Of a stretch of 64,000 nucleotides of DNA, positions 40,101 to 62,323 are shown in pieces. Location of the stretch: assembly GCA_963693365.1 (NCBI GenBank), contig CAVNZM010000005.1:9032334-9096333 (forward strand), given 5' to 3'. Under the pieces are notes generated by a model. It was not told where the DNA came from, did no database searches, and saw nothing but the letters and a program-made list of their open reading frames with translations. Source of the stretch: Amoebidium appalachense (lineage: Eukaryota; Protista; Ichthyosporea). The position numbers and the translations under genes were made by a program. Within the stretch, counting starts at the first letter, position 1; the number at the start of each line of letters is the position of its first letter.

Positions 40101-40797
40101 CAGCTGGGCTCGGCAGGTGGGCGCATGCCTGCGTGGGTAGGAGCTGGCGTGGGGGGGCGGCCGGCTGGTGCTGGAGAATGAGCACTGGCAGGAGGCCAAG
40201 AGGCGATTGGCTGACGTTAACCCAGACGTCATCTGTCAGTTTATGATTGGTGGATGCAAGGGCGCCTTCGATGAGTGGCTGGGCCTGCTGCCACCGTTGT
40301 TTGCCCTCGAGGCAAAATCCCTTCTGGCCCATGCCACCACCCTCTACCATGCTGTGCCCCCACCACCCTCGATGGGCAAGAACCCCCCCATCTGGATCGA
40401 TGAAATTCCGCCGCCACAGGCAATCGTTGGCCAGGAAAATGCGACCAGCGCCTCCACCCGCCTGTCAGAGGATGAAAAGCAGCTACATTTGGCTGCTGTG
40501 TGTTCAATCGAGGGGCAGTTGTGCCGGGCAGGCACCTACACCCCCACCGACCCGTTCTGTGAGCTGGAAGTGGCCGGGTGGCTGCCTCGAGATTTGGGCT
40601 GCAACGGCCAGCTGGGCGGTATGATTGACGAGATCACGGCATTGGTCTTCCGCTACGTCCCATTGGCTGATTTCCTCAAGCTGCGATTGGTCTGCAAGAG
40701 GTGAAGGGGCATCGTGGATGGCAGCAGCGTGCTGCAGCGGCGGAAGGAACAGGCAAAGAAATTGGTGGCCGGACATCAAGAGGCTTTCCGGTTATGA
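33478..40797 (+). pseudogene. Large multi-exon gene with a disrupted terminal exon: Cys motifs, degenerate nucleotidyltransferase-like domains, C-terminal F-box
   Basis: Phase-consistent GT-AG exons 33478-33843, 34842-34890, 35590-35640, 36235-36548, 37207-37689 and 38229-40797. Possible further 5' exons 30490-30560 and 31389-31484; start unresolved (candidate 28866). The last exon has frameshifts near 38825, 39275 and 39572 and in-frame stops at 40138-40140 (TAG) and 40702-40704 (TGA). F-box-like LGGMIDEITALVFRYVPLADFLKLRLVCKR*RGIV at 40612-40716. Confidence 0.72.
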
Positions 40798-40881
40798 AGA
40801 TGAGAAGGACAGGTAGAGATGAATTTTTGGGGGAGAGGTGGTGGGGGATGGGGTGTGGGGGGAGGGGGGCGGGGTGTGTGT

Positions 40882-40925
<44 letters not shown>

Positions 40926-41189
40926 CGCGTGCGTGTGTGTGTGTGTGTATGTGTGTGTGCGTGTGTGGAGTCTGGTGTGTGTGTGTGTGTGTGTTTTGGG
41001 GTCTGGTGTGTGTGTGTGTGTGTGTGTGGGGAGGGGGGGGGTCTGGTGTGTGTGTGTGTTGGGGGGGGGGGGGGGGGGGGGGAGGGGAGGGGGGGGGGGG
41101 GGGGGCATGGAGGGTGTTGAGAGGGGATGACTGGGAGGAGGAGCGTGATTTGGGGGCGGTTGGGAGAGGGCGGGCTGTGTGGGAAATAA

Positions 41190-42048
41190 ATATGATATGA
41201 AATCTGAGAGGGAGGGTATTGGAGGGATGGCTTTAGGGTGACATCTAGAGTTGGGTAGGTGAGCATGGGTGTGGAGTGAAAGGACGATAAAGAGGACGAG
41301 GATGAAAAGTTGGGGGATGAAATGTGAGGAGGAAAAGGCTGGAACGATAGGGATGATCTGAATTTGGATAACATTACGAGGGAGAATGTGGGAAAGGCAA
41401 GAAAGAGGTCGAGGATGAAATTTGGGAGGAGGCTATATGGAAGGGATATAACTGGGGCAGGAAGAGTGATCTGGTGTAGGTTAGCATAGGAGGTTCAGAT
41501 GATATGCACGAGGGAATCGGAGGATACGAAAGTGCACAAGGATGAAATCTGGGAGGCATATGGAGGGAAGGCTTAAAACGATTTGGATTATGGGGTCGGT
41601 GGGAGGGATATGAAAGAGGGTGGGGTTGAAAACTGGGAGGTCATGTACGAGGGACGATGGGACGATAAGTTGGTCTCTGGGAAGGATGTGAATTTTAATT
41701 GGGCGAGGATGAGATCTGGGAGGTGTATGGAAGGAAAATGGGACGATAGGGAATATGGGTCGGTGGGAAGGATCTGAAAGAGGGCGAGGATGAAATCTGG
41801 GAGGGCATGGATGAGGGAAGTTGGGACGATGAGGATTTTGGGGTCGGTTGGAAGGATATGTAAGAGGGAGAGGATTAAATCTGGGAGGAATCCTATGTAG
41901 GGAAGTTGGGACGATAAGGAATATGGGGTCGGTGGGAAGGATATGAAAGTGGGTGAAGATGAAATCTAGGAGGAGGTATATGGAAGGATAGGTTGGGAAG
42001 GATCATCTAGGGTGACGATCGGATCTTATGTGCAAATGTAATGTTTTT

Positions 42049-42093
<45 letters not shown>

Positions 42094-42360
42094 CGGGAAT
42101 GCTATCGAGGATGAGGATGAGAATCGGGAGGAGAGGCACGAAGAGGATAATTGGGACGATACAGATAGTCTAACTAGGGTCAGGGAATTGTATGAGGAAA
42201 TGGGAGGACGCGAAAGAGGATGAGGATGAAAATCTGGGAGGATGTATGTGAAGGAAGAAACTGAGAGATGGATAGGGAAGATCTCCGTTCTTTGATACAT
42301 ACGAGGGTGAGGTGGGATGAGGATGAAAGAGAGGGTGATTGTGAAATCTAAGAGGAAGGG
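41190..42360. repeat. Degenerate purine-rich minisatellite, period about 82-85 bp
   Basis: Recurring gaggatgaaatctgggagg...gggacgat...ggggtcggtgggaaggatatgaaagaggg units near 41539, 41705, 41786, 41870 and 41956, with weaker copies on both sides. Confidence 0.8.
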
Positions 42361-44960
42361 ATGAGTGGGTTTGCCGAGAATGATATTTACTGTGAAGTGA
42401 AAGTGGGGCTTTGGCTACGCTGGTGGGTATTTGACTGTGTTTGTGCGGGGGTCGTCGTTATATGTCTATGTGAATTATGTACGTCTGGTTAATGATTTGG
42501 GGAGTTCGAGATATCTTTTGTAGTGTTGTGTGGTGTTATTGTGTATGGTTATGTATATGTGGAAAGCCCATCTTATGTTTATTCCGAATACGGCGTTATA
42601 TTAGTGATATATGACTACTACAGATGTTTATGCGGATTACAGTGGTTGTCCTTTTCTTTGCAAGCATTTAGGAATTATCTTTTCTCGGTATTGTCTTTCT
42701 TTTTCTCGTTTTCCTTGCTCATTGGGAACCTACTTCGTAAATACTATGAATATGAATATGTCGGATGCACACTGGCAATACAAACACATTGGTTGCTAAC
42801 GAAAACAGCCCGTGAGAAATAAATGCACCAGTGCACACATAATATAGAGCACACTTTCATCGCTTGGCCACAGCATCCTCGTCGCTATGTATGCACGTGT
42901 GTGTGTGCGTGTGAATGTGTGTGCGTGTGCGTGCGTGCGTGTGCCCCGTCCCTAATAGGCGTGTGTGCGCATGTGCCTGTTTGTGTGTGTGCGCGCGCAC
43001 TCGCATGTGCCTGTGTATGTGGGTGTGCGCCTGTGCATATGTCCGTGTGTGTGTGTGTGTGTGCGCGCGTGTGTATTAAAGGTGCATGTGCATTCATATG
43101 TGTGCCCGACGGTACTCAAAACATGCTCACACTCAAGCACACACCGGTGTATGCCACACTCCTACCCTTACTTGAAACACACATGTGAATATAAACATGT
43201 GCATATACACTCACACGTGCACGCGTGCACGCATGTCAGGCATTCGCGTACCCCCCAAAAATATGAGCTTGTAGGATTGCCCCCTCCCCCCCTCCCCCCC
43301 CCCCCCCCCCATTCCCCCCGGGGCCCCCTCCAATCCCGTCCCAGCCCTTCCTCCTCCTCCCAATAAATCTTTGCTGGGCACGTGCACCCCCCCATCCCTT
43401 CCGCACACTCCTGGTCTAGTGCACAATTTCAAGTCTCCCCGTGTACCGGCAAATCACGTGATACTTTCTTTACCTATTACCATATAGCGCATGCCCGCCA
43501 TGACATGTAGTTGAGATGCCACCATCATCGAGTCTTCGTGGTTTTTTTTTTTAAGTCTCAGCTTCACACATATTTCATACTTTTATTAAGTTGAAACCGA
43601 GAGATACACTAGCTGTATCAAACAACTTTCTTGAATACACTGTATCAAGCAACTTTCTTAGCTCAGTTTCTTTCACAACTAAATTAGATTTACGACTACT
43701 GTTGTCCCAAATCACCAAAAAGAGGAAATGATGCACACATGTACTTAAATTAGACTGTTTTAGTTTGTGCATCTATATGCTTAGATCACAAAAGAATAAT
43801 TTTTATTCCCTGTGACATATATTTTTCTTTTTTCATTCATTTTTCACCGGTTTAAACAACGGCGCAAACCCTCCCCCCAAACCTCAGAACACAACACGAC
43901 CCCCTCCCCTCCCCCCCCCCCCACCCACCCACCAATAATCAACAACAAACTCAAAATTAAAAATTCAAACTAGATTCGCAGTATTCAAATATTAATGTAT
44001 CCATGTATCTACCTACTTCTCGATAACTATCTACACACAGCTATCTCACCTAAGTATATCACCTTGCCAATTGAATTTTCGCATATCACCGGGCCCCGGC
44101 ATGCTGCAGCCACACATAATCGCCCCCGGCCTCTTCATCCTCTTCAATATCGTTTGGAAGGTCTGCCCAAACAGCATATCCGTTAGTTTAATGTAGGTCT
44201 ATCATGTAGTGTGAAAGGAAACAAGCAACCCAATAAGAAAGTCTTCCAAGTTAGGTTCATTTATAGCCATATGCCCACAAAACGGGTGCACAGTCTACAG
44301 CCCAAAGGGGAATCCACAAGAAGCCCCCCCCCCCCCCCCCCCCCCCCACAAACAAACAAACAAACAAACAAACAAACAAAAAAAAAAAAAAAAGAAAAGA
44401 AAAAAAAGAAAGAAAAAAAAACAAAAAACCACCCACCCATCTCACCAGTTCAAAGCAACCCCCCCCCCCCCCCTGAGAGGGTGTTGTTTGAGAGGGGGTT
44501 GTTTCGCGCGCGCAAGCGAGGAGGAGAGCGGGGGGGGGGGGGGGGGGGGGGGGATGTTTGACTACAGAAGTGAGCTCTTACGGGGGGAAAGCAAAGTTCA
44601 GTTTTAGTGCGCATGCCTGTTGTCGTATTTTTACAAAAGTAACGGGCACGAAACATCATTTTAAGCTCGCAGCCTTGTGAAAAAAACCGCTTGTGTTCAC
44701 GGGTGGAAGGCACTATATAGTGTTCCATTGATTCATGCTGAAAGGAGATGTCATCAGAGATAAAGCACCTTCTTCTTGCGCTTTCTGTTTTCCTTTTTTT
44801 TTTTTTTGTTTCTCTTTTGTTCCCGCCATTATTTTCATCAGCGGCAACCAGTTGACAGCAACGCAATTCACCACCAAAAACTTCTGATCAAAGCCTCCAC
44901 ACACAAACACAAAGTCATGTTTTTCACACAACCAAACACAAAGAGCCCACACCACTCTAC

Positions 44961-46101
44961 CTAACATGGGTACCTACCAAGCAGCAGATAATCTCCATCC
45001 TCGGCCACGTTTATGATGCTGCCGTCCGGCTGCACAATGGTAAAACTATCCTCCTGTGTCTGCCGCATAGACTTCCCCAACTGCTCAAACTCGCACTCAA
45101 ACTCTTCCTCACGCACGTGCGTAGGCAAGGAAGGCAATCCACCATCTTCCTGCCCATGTGTGGGGTTCATGGGGGTAGCATTGGTGTGGGCACTGATCTG
45201 CTGACCCCAGACTCGAGGTGATGTTCCATGTGTGTGGTCTAGAAGGGGAAGCAGGTGCACACCCTCGACGTTATAAAAATCAACCAAACCAGCAAGGCCG
45301 GGTGGGCGGACGACGAGCGCCCCCCCGGAAGAGCTGCGTGGCGAGGAGGAAAGTTGGGGAACAGAGGCGGGGGGCGTGCATGGGTAAGTCCTTTCCGTGT
45401 TCTGCTCAGAGCCTTTCGAAGTTGCCATGGGGACAACCTTCGCGCTACTGCGTGGAGGCTCCCTGGCCGGGATGGGGCGGGGCTTGCTGACTAAAGGCTG
45501 TAAAGAGCCGGTTGTAGACCGCTTTAAAGGCGCGATGGTTTGGTTTTGGCGTGAAATGGTGGTCATGTTAGAAGCTGTGTGCGTGCTTGAACTCGGTGTG
45601 TCCGGCACTCGTTGCAGAACCTCGCTATAGGTAAAGGGACGGGCGCACCGTTGCATTTCCGAAGCGGATGATTAAAGAGAAGAATAAAAAGACAAAACAG
45701 AAAGACTTCAAACATACATAGGTAAAGGACTCCAAGTATTGTTCCAGTGGTGCAGTAGGAGGTTTACTGTTTGACAACGGGAAGAGTAGGGTGAAGATCT
45801 GAAACCTGATGCCTTACGGAAGGAAACTTGCAATGTTTGGGTGCTGTTCATGCTATCACTCGTTGGCCTGTACTGGTAAATCTTTTTCACAAGTTTTGCA
45901 GCGTTCAAACGAACTCTAATCTCTAGAAAATAGGTATAATGACCTTGTACATACACTCTCCTGAAGTAGAAAATGATTTGTTTCTACAGTACGTTTTGAG
46001 TACATACGTTTTTCCTGCGCAACGGAGCCACTGCCCGCTTTCAGATTCGGCCGTTGCTTATCACAGATTCCTGAGCCTCGGCAAATACTACACCTGATCA
46101 T
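44961..46101 (-). CDS. Hypothetical Ser/Pro-rich protein, 3 exons, about 320 aa
   Basis: Exons complement(46008-46101, 45718-45922, 44961-45624) joined by two short GTATGT...TAG introns (85 and 93 nt) with matching phases. No recognisable domain; both termini uncertain. Confidence 0.5.
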
Positions 46102-47074
46102 TATCTAATCAAATATCGGTAGCCATTATATCACACTCTGCATACGGGTGCCGTTTTTACGGTAAAAAATACCCTAAACTTTTCAAAAATACCATCAAAT
46201 TTTCAGTTTATGGTAAGCCTCCGCAAATTTCATGGTAAGCTTAAAAAGGAACCCCCCTTTACCCCCTTTGACTGGGGATGAAAAATACCATACACCCCAG
46301 GCAAAAACACTCCGGGGCTTGAAAAAATACCAAGAAACAAATCCGAATTTTCGGGCTTGACTCGGGCTAGAGAGTGATGTACCAAAGTCATTTCAAAAAC
46401 TGCTCTTTCAGAGATATCATCGATTAAGGCTTCAATAATGTATTTTGTTTCAATAATACGCTTTTCTTTAGCATGCTAGGTCTTCCAGTGAACAGAAGGT
46501 TAGAGCCACACCGCATAACACGTCCTAACGGTTTTATTTGTCTGTGAAGGCCAGCCGTCAAAGGTTAGTTAGCTTTTTGCTTTTTACCGAATAGTAAGCC
46601 AATCACAACCAGCCATGACACTTCGCGATTGGTTCCGCAGACCCACGGCACTCGGTGTATTTCCGTCACTTTTCAACGGTAAAATGAAATAAACAAAGGA
46701 ATATTGTTAGTACAGCAATAATCATTTTATATTGCTTTCTTATGTAATAACTTGATACTCCATTTCCGGGAAGCGGTGAGAGGCAGAGGCTAACGGCTGA
46801 GACCGCCGAGTCACTGACCGCAGAAATTACGTGATCGATTTCCATATGTGGCTATTGCAAAACATAAATGATTTGTAGATCTTTGATGGCGCGAAACTGA
46901 AGCAAGTTGACGCATTCCACCCAGCCTGACCTGGTCGCGGAACGAATTTTGATTCCGTTTCAGAAGCAAGCCCAGGCTGAGAAGCGCAACTTGCTGTTGA
47001 GGTTCGGTTCACGTGTGTTCATGCTGGTGCATGTGTGCGATCAGGCGAAGCTTGAGCACCGTGCATACAAGTAT

Positions 47075-47118
<44 letters not shown>

Positions 47119-47233
47119 CCCGGCCCCCTCCCACCCCACAGAAGTACTGCGCGACTATCAGCTAGCCGATTCCCTGGGCCTTGCTCGCGAGGCTCAGTTG
47201 ACGCCGCGCGCGCGCGTGTGCGTGTGTGCGTGC

Positions 47234-47355
47234 GCGAGCGCACGTAGTATGTGTGTGTGCGTGTGTGTGCTTGTGTGCATGCGTGTTTTTGTGTGCGAGC
47301 GCACGTAGTATGTGTGTGTGCGTGTGTGTGCTTGTGTGCATGCGTGTTTTTGTGT
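47234..47355. repeat. Exact 61-bp tandem duplication
   Basis: gcgagcgcacgtagtatgtgtgtgtgcgtgtgtgtgcttgtgtgcatgcgtgtttttgtgt at 47234 and 47295. Confidence 0.85.
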
Positions 47356-47860
47356 GTGCTTGTATGTGTGTTGTGTGTGTGTCGTGTGTGGCTGGGGCGG
47401 GGGGGAGGGGGGGCTGGGGGCACAGGGAAGGGCGTCAGCGAGGATCCGCGGGAAGGGCGGCGGAGGGGGAAGCCTCTGCGAGGAGCTCGAGGGAGGGACA
47501 AATATTAGGTAATACAGCCATCAAAGACGCTCTTCGATATGCATATGTATTAGTAAGAAACGATGCACATGTACGAGCTAAATAAACACCCCTTGCACAT
47601 GTCACGGGTGATGGTCATCCCACGTCGGACGCCTCGGGCACGTGGCTAAAAACATCATTCACCACTGGCAATATCATCATTAACAATAATCACTAACGCT
47701 ACGACATCCCTCTCGCTCGAGAGCCCCACAGTTGAAATACTAGGGTAGTTGGTGTTCCAGAACCTCTCACACCCCGACAGGCTTCATTCATGCATGATAC
47801 ATTGTTCTTCAGCATAAAATCAAGTGTTCGTGGGTGCATGCATGTGTGTGTGTGTACTTG

Positions 47861-49182
<1,322 letters not shown>

Positions 49183-50202
49183 CGAGTCAGGCTGGCTGCC
49201 GGAAAAGCCCACCAATCATTCAGGGCCGGTTCTCCTAAACCTTCAAATTCTTAGTGTGTATCGAGCTCCCGCGAATCTACAAATTGTCGTAACGCTGTTG
49301 GCATGATGTTTAGGTGGTGATTTCTGCTATCTGAGTTTTTGGTTTTTGTTAGATGGTGTTTTTGTTTGATACACAGGGCAGTTGGTGTTCCATGCCTGTA
49401 CGTAGCCGCGTAGCAGGCCTATGGCCAAGATTTCGGAATCACCGGTATGCATGATCCATTGCGGTTTTTGGGGATTCAAAGCCTTTTGGTAAACCAATCA
49501 GCAAAAGGCAAGACAGTCGATGATTGGTTCACTAATTTGGGGAAAAGCCGACAAAACAGGAATTTTTGTACTCTGGTATGATAGGCCGGGTCTCCTGGTG
49601 AGGAGAATAGATTCCGGATTCCAGGCAGATCGAGGATGATGAAATCAGAATAAGGTCAACCAGATTGTCGACAATAGAGCTATATGTACAACTGTATAAT
49701 GTAACTTATTTATGCATCAATATATCAACCAACTAACCGGCGAACTGCTTGTCACTCCGATGAATTAATATTTCAGCCCCAGTAATCATAAACTTTGTCG
49801 TGTCGCAACTGTCGAATGTCGTTTAGAGAGTGGTATCTTTTATTGGCTATTTATCATGAAATTATTTCGGCCCAGTTCTGACCTCAGCCCGCCAGCCGCC
49901 GCCCTCGAACACAAAGGCATGCGTGAAACAGCAGCCTACGGTTTTTTTCATACTGTCTGCTGTTGAACTTTCTTGAATGCACATAGCTAGTGCTGAAAAG
50001 CGATAGAAAAAGCATTAGTGAGGTTCAAACAATCACCGTGTAACTCCCACGGCGATACACACCACCACACACCTCCACACAACAACTCTATATAATTGGC
50101 AACTCAATAATCAGTCTCCTTGCTCACTTTCCAAGTCAAAAATCCATTTCTTGTTAATCCGCTCAACCCTATACCAACCTCTCTCACACACACACAAACA
50201 TC

Positions 50203-58450
<8,248 letters not shown>

Positions 58451-58712
58451 ATGCCAGAAACCAAAAAAACCATCTAATCACATGCAAGTGTTCACACCTC
58501 GAAGTTGTACGCACCGTTGAAAACATATCATAGTCTAATTCTCTTTCCCCCCCCCCCCCCCCCCCTTTCTCCTCATCCCCTCCCATAAGCAACCCTGCTC
58601 GTCTCTGATCAAGACGGGTGACAATTACCCATGTTCAAGTGAAACAGTATCTGAGTTGGGTTTCGTTAACGAGGTGATTAGGTCGAAACTCGGGTACTGT
58701 GTATGACGTGGG

Positions 58713-58825
58713 CCCCCCCTGAGGATGGGCTCTGCTTATTATGCATACTCTTTATGTATGGCTTGCATTCTGCATCGTGTTATCCGTTTGTTCTTGTGTA
58801 CTTCGTACTTTTTGACGCATTCAAA
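58713..58825 (+). repeat. Poly-C-flanked dispersed repeat of about 110 bp, best-preserved copy
   Basis: ccctgaggatgggctctgcttattatgcatactc...cttcgtactttttgacgcattcaaa followed by poly-C. Positions 58757-58825 are identical over 69 nt to 52466-52534. Confidence 0.85.
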
Positions 58826-59291
58826 CCCCCCCCCCCCCCCCCCCCCCCTCCACCTCCCACCACCACTACACACACACCTCCGCCCCTCCCCTTCCCCCCC
58901 TGAAGTCCATTAATATTAGGAGAACGCTTGTGTCGGTTTGGATCAGTGGGATTCGTCTTAACTTTAAGTGACGCCTTGCTACGGTTTGTGGTTTAATACA
59001 ATGGTGACATGATAAAAAAGAAGCAAAGGAACTTCAGAACAGCATCACGAAAACTTTTATAAATAAGATGTGTGTAGTGAAATAGTTAGCCTATTGCAGA
59101 TATGTAAGCTGGGGCATCATTATGATGATCGGATACTATACCTGGCAAAGATATTCCGTATGCTGGTTATCGAGTCTCTCCGATTTGAACAATCAATATA
59201 CTATCTGAAATGTCCATACTAAAACAAAAATTGATAATCTCGCTCTCGGAAATCACGGTGGGGTTTCTGTACGTGTGGCCATATTGTCAAA

Positions 59292-59337
<46 letters not shown>

Positions 59338-59596
59338 AAGTAGTGGATGACGTAGGCACCGAGTTAAGCAGTAAAGTTTCAGTGGGTCCTGGAATGCCAT
59401 GTGAGATGAAAAGGTGTGCTGATTGCAAAAACCTGCTTTGTATATTAAGGCAAAATTTTACGTGTTGGCCCGGCGGATGTTGTTTGGGCAGGTTCTTAAG
59501 TATGGGCATCTCAAATTGACGAGTATTGTGAGTACGTATACTGTGTACGGAACGACGCACACACATACACAAGAGCCACTTACTATCACACACCGT

Positions 59597-59653
<57 letters not shown>

Positions 59654-59718
59654 ACATACACACACACACACAAACAGACACACACACACACACACACACC
59701 GTGACACAAGCACACGCC

Positions 59719-59773
<55 letters not shown>

Positions 59774-60089
59774 GCGCGAACACACACACACCTCGCTGGA
59801 TGGCCTGGCCCAGGGGGACAGACCTGGAGGTGGGGAGGATGGGGCGAGAGCTCGAGAGGGGTGTTCATTCACTGGGGGGGAACATGTGAACCTAAGGGGG
59901 GAGGGGGAGAGGAGGGCCCGAGGGGGCGGGGGGCTGCTGAGCCTCGGAGAAAAAAACGACAGAGGCAGTATTTTTTTAGAGTTTATTTAACAATAAAGTG
60001 TTAAACGTTTAAGTGACTACAGCCATGGCTTTAGAGGGGATCCAAAGGGACATCGGGCAACCTAAATGAAATGGCCTGGGGGGGAAGAA

Positions 60090-60129
<40 letters not shown>

Positions 60130-60164
60130 CCTCAGGCACAGTCACTCCGGGGTGGCTCTCCCCG

Positions 60165-60201
<37 letters not shown>

Positions 60202-60319
60202 CCTAGAGGCAAGCCTGAGAGAGAGAGGGCGAGTCCGGGAGAAGGAGGATCCGGAGGGGGGCGGGGGGGGGGGGGAGAGACAGAGAGAAAGAGTGAGAGA
60301 TCGGACTCGGTGAGAGCCT

Positions 60320-61080
<761 letters not shown>

Positions 61081-62275
61081 TCTCAGTGAGGGCTCGAGAG
61101 TGATCAAGAGAGGAAGCCAAATTTGTGAGGGAGGCCATCAAGGGACAAATTAATCGGTCAGCATACCTGGTCCTCAGCAAGGCCTCCAGTGCTGAGTTAG
61201 TCATGCATACTGATCATCACACGTGCATTGCAGTGCATCATCACCCTGATGCCTGAGTTGCACTTGCATGCCCCACTTTTGTCATCAAGTTATTGCCCGA
61301 CGCGACGGTGGGCCGGGTGGCGCAGCTCTCGAGTTCGGAATCCTCAGCCTATATAGGCTACGTTGACTGATAACGATTGCCACGGCTTCGTTATCAGCGG
61401 CCCGGGTACCATATCAGGAGCGGGCAATTTTTGAATTCTCCCTCCCCGGCCCCGCCGGGGAAAATTTGAGGTTTTTGGACCTCAAAGAAGTCAAATCCTG
61501 CAAAATCCACTACCGGGAGGCCAAAAAGGGTGATTTTACAAAAAAGGAGGGACATACATGAAAAAGAGAAAATGGGCGAGTTCAGTGGGCTGCCGATAAG
61601 TATATTTCGTGCTGGGCCGGTATACATGCTGCCGTGGTTGTTGCTGTAGACGGCAGTATGGCATCGCATGTGTCACGTGACCTGCACGTGAATGCGACCA
61701 TGTGCAGGCACTGAGTCTAGGGGGATTTGTATGTGTGTTTTGGAGCACCGACAAGGCAGAGCCAGGGTGAGGGATGTGTAAACATGGAGTTTAGGGAGAT
61801 CGTGCTGCTATTGTAACATGTGCACAAAACAGCCACGTGCACCGGCACACTCCGGTGTACAGAACAATAATATGCACATGCGTCACTGTAATATCATGTA
61901 TGCGCATGCCGCACAAGGTTTAGGAGACCACCACAGTATATACTATTTTCTTTTGGTTGATATCCATGTAGGAATGGTGTGTTGCAGTTGTCATGATCAG
62001 CCTGAGGCAGGCACGTGCACTCACTGAATCACTAGAACTCATGAATAAAAAATACATTCGCTAAAAACGGCAAGGTAAATTTGGGGCCAAGCTATTATTT
62101 CCCCCTTTTAAACGTTTTTTTAGCTCCAAGAACTTCGACGCCAAAATTTCTATATTTGGCCATCGTATATGATAATGAACACGTGTACTTAAATTAAAGT
62201 AGTTATATAAATATGAGCGGCCCGTTACAAATACAATGACGAAAAACAGTGACCCACGAGCAGTTTTTCTTTCTA

Positions 62276-62323
<48 letters not shown>

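Noticed and set aside
39433-40350. 305-aa minus-strand ORF
   Set aside because: Antisense shadow of the GC-rich plus-strand exon.
40702-40704. Alternative genetic code (TGA=Trp)
   Set aside because: The transporter and the RING/FEZ-like gene end in TGA, and Trp is TGG in all intact genes.
46880-47585. Small plus-strand gene
   Set aside because: No consistent start or splice chain and no recognisable motif.
58684-58730. Hammerhead ribozyme (cgaaac ... ctgagga) at the head of the dispersed repeat
   Set aside because: Stems II and III and the NUH site cannot be closed, and CUGANGA is not conserved among copies.
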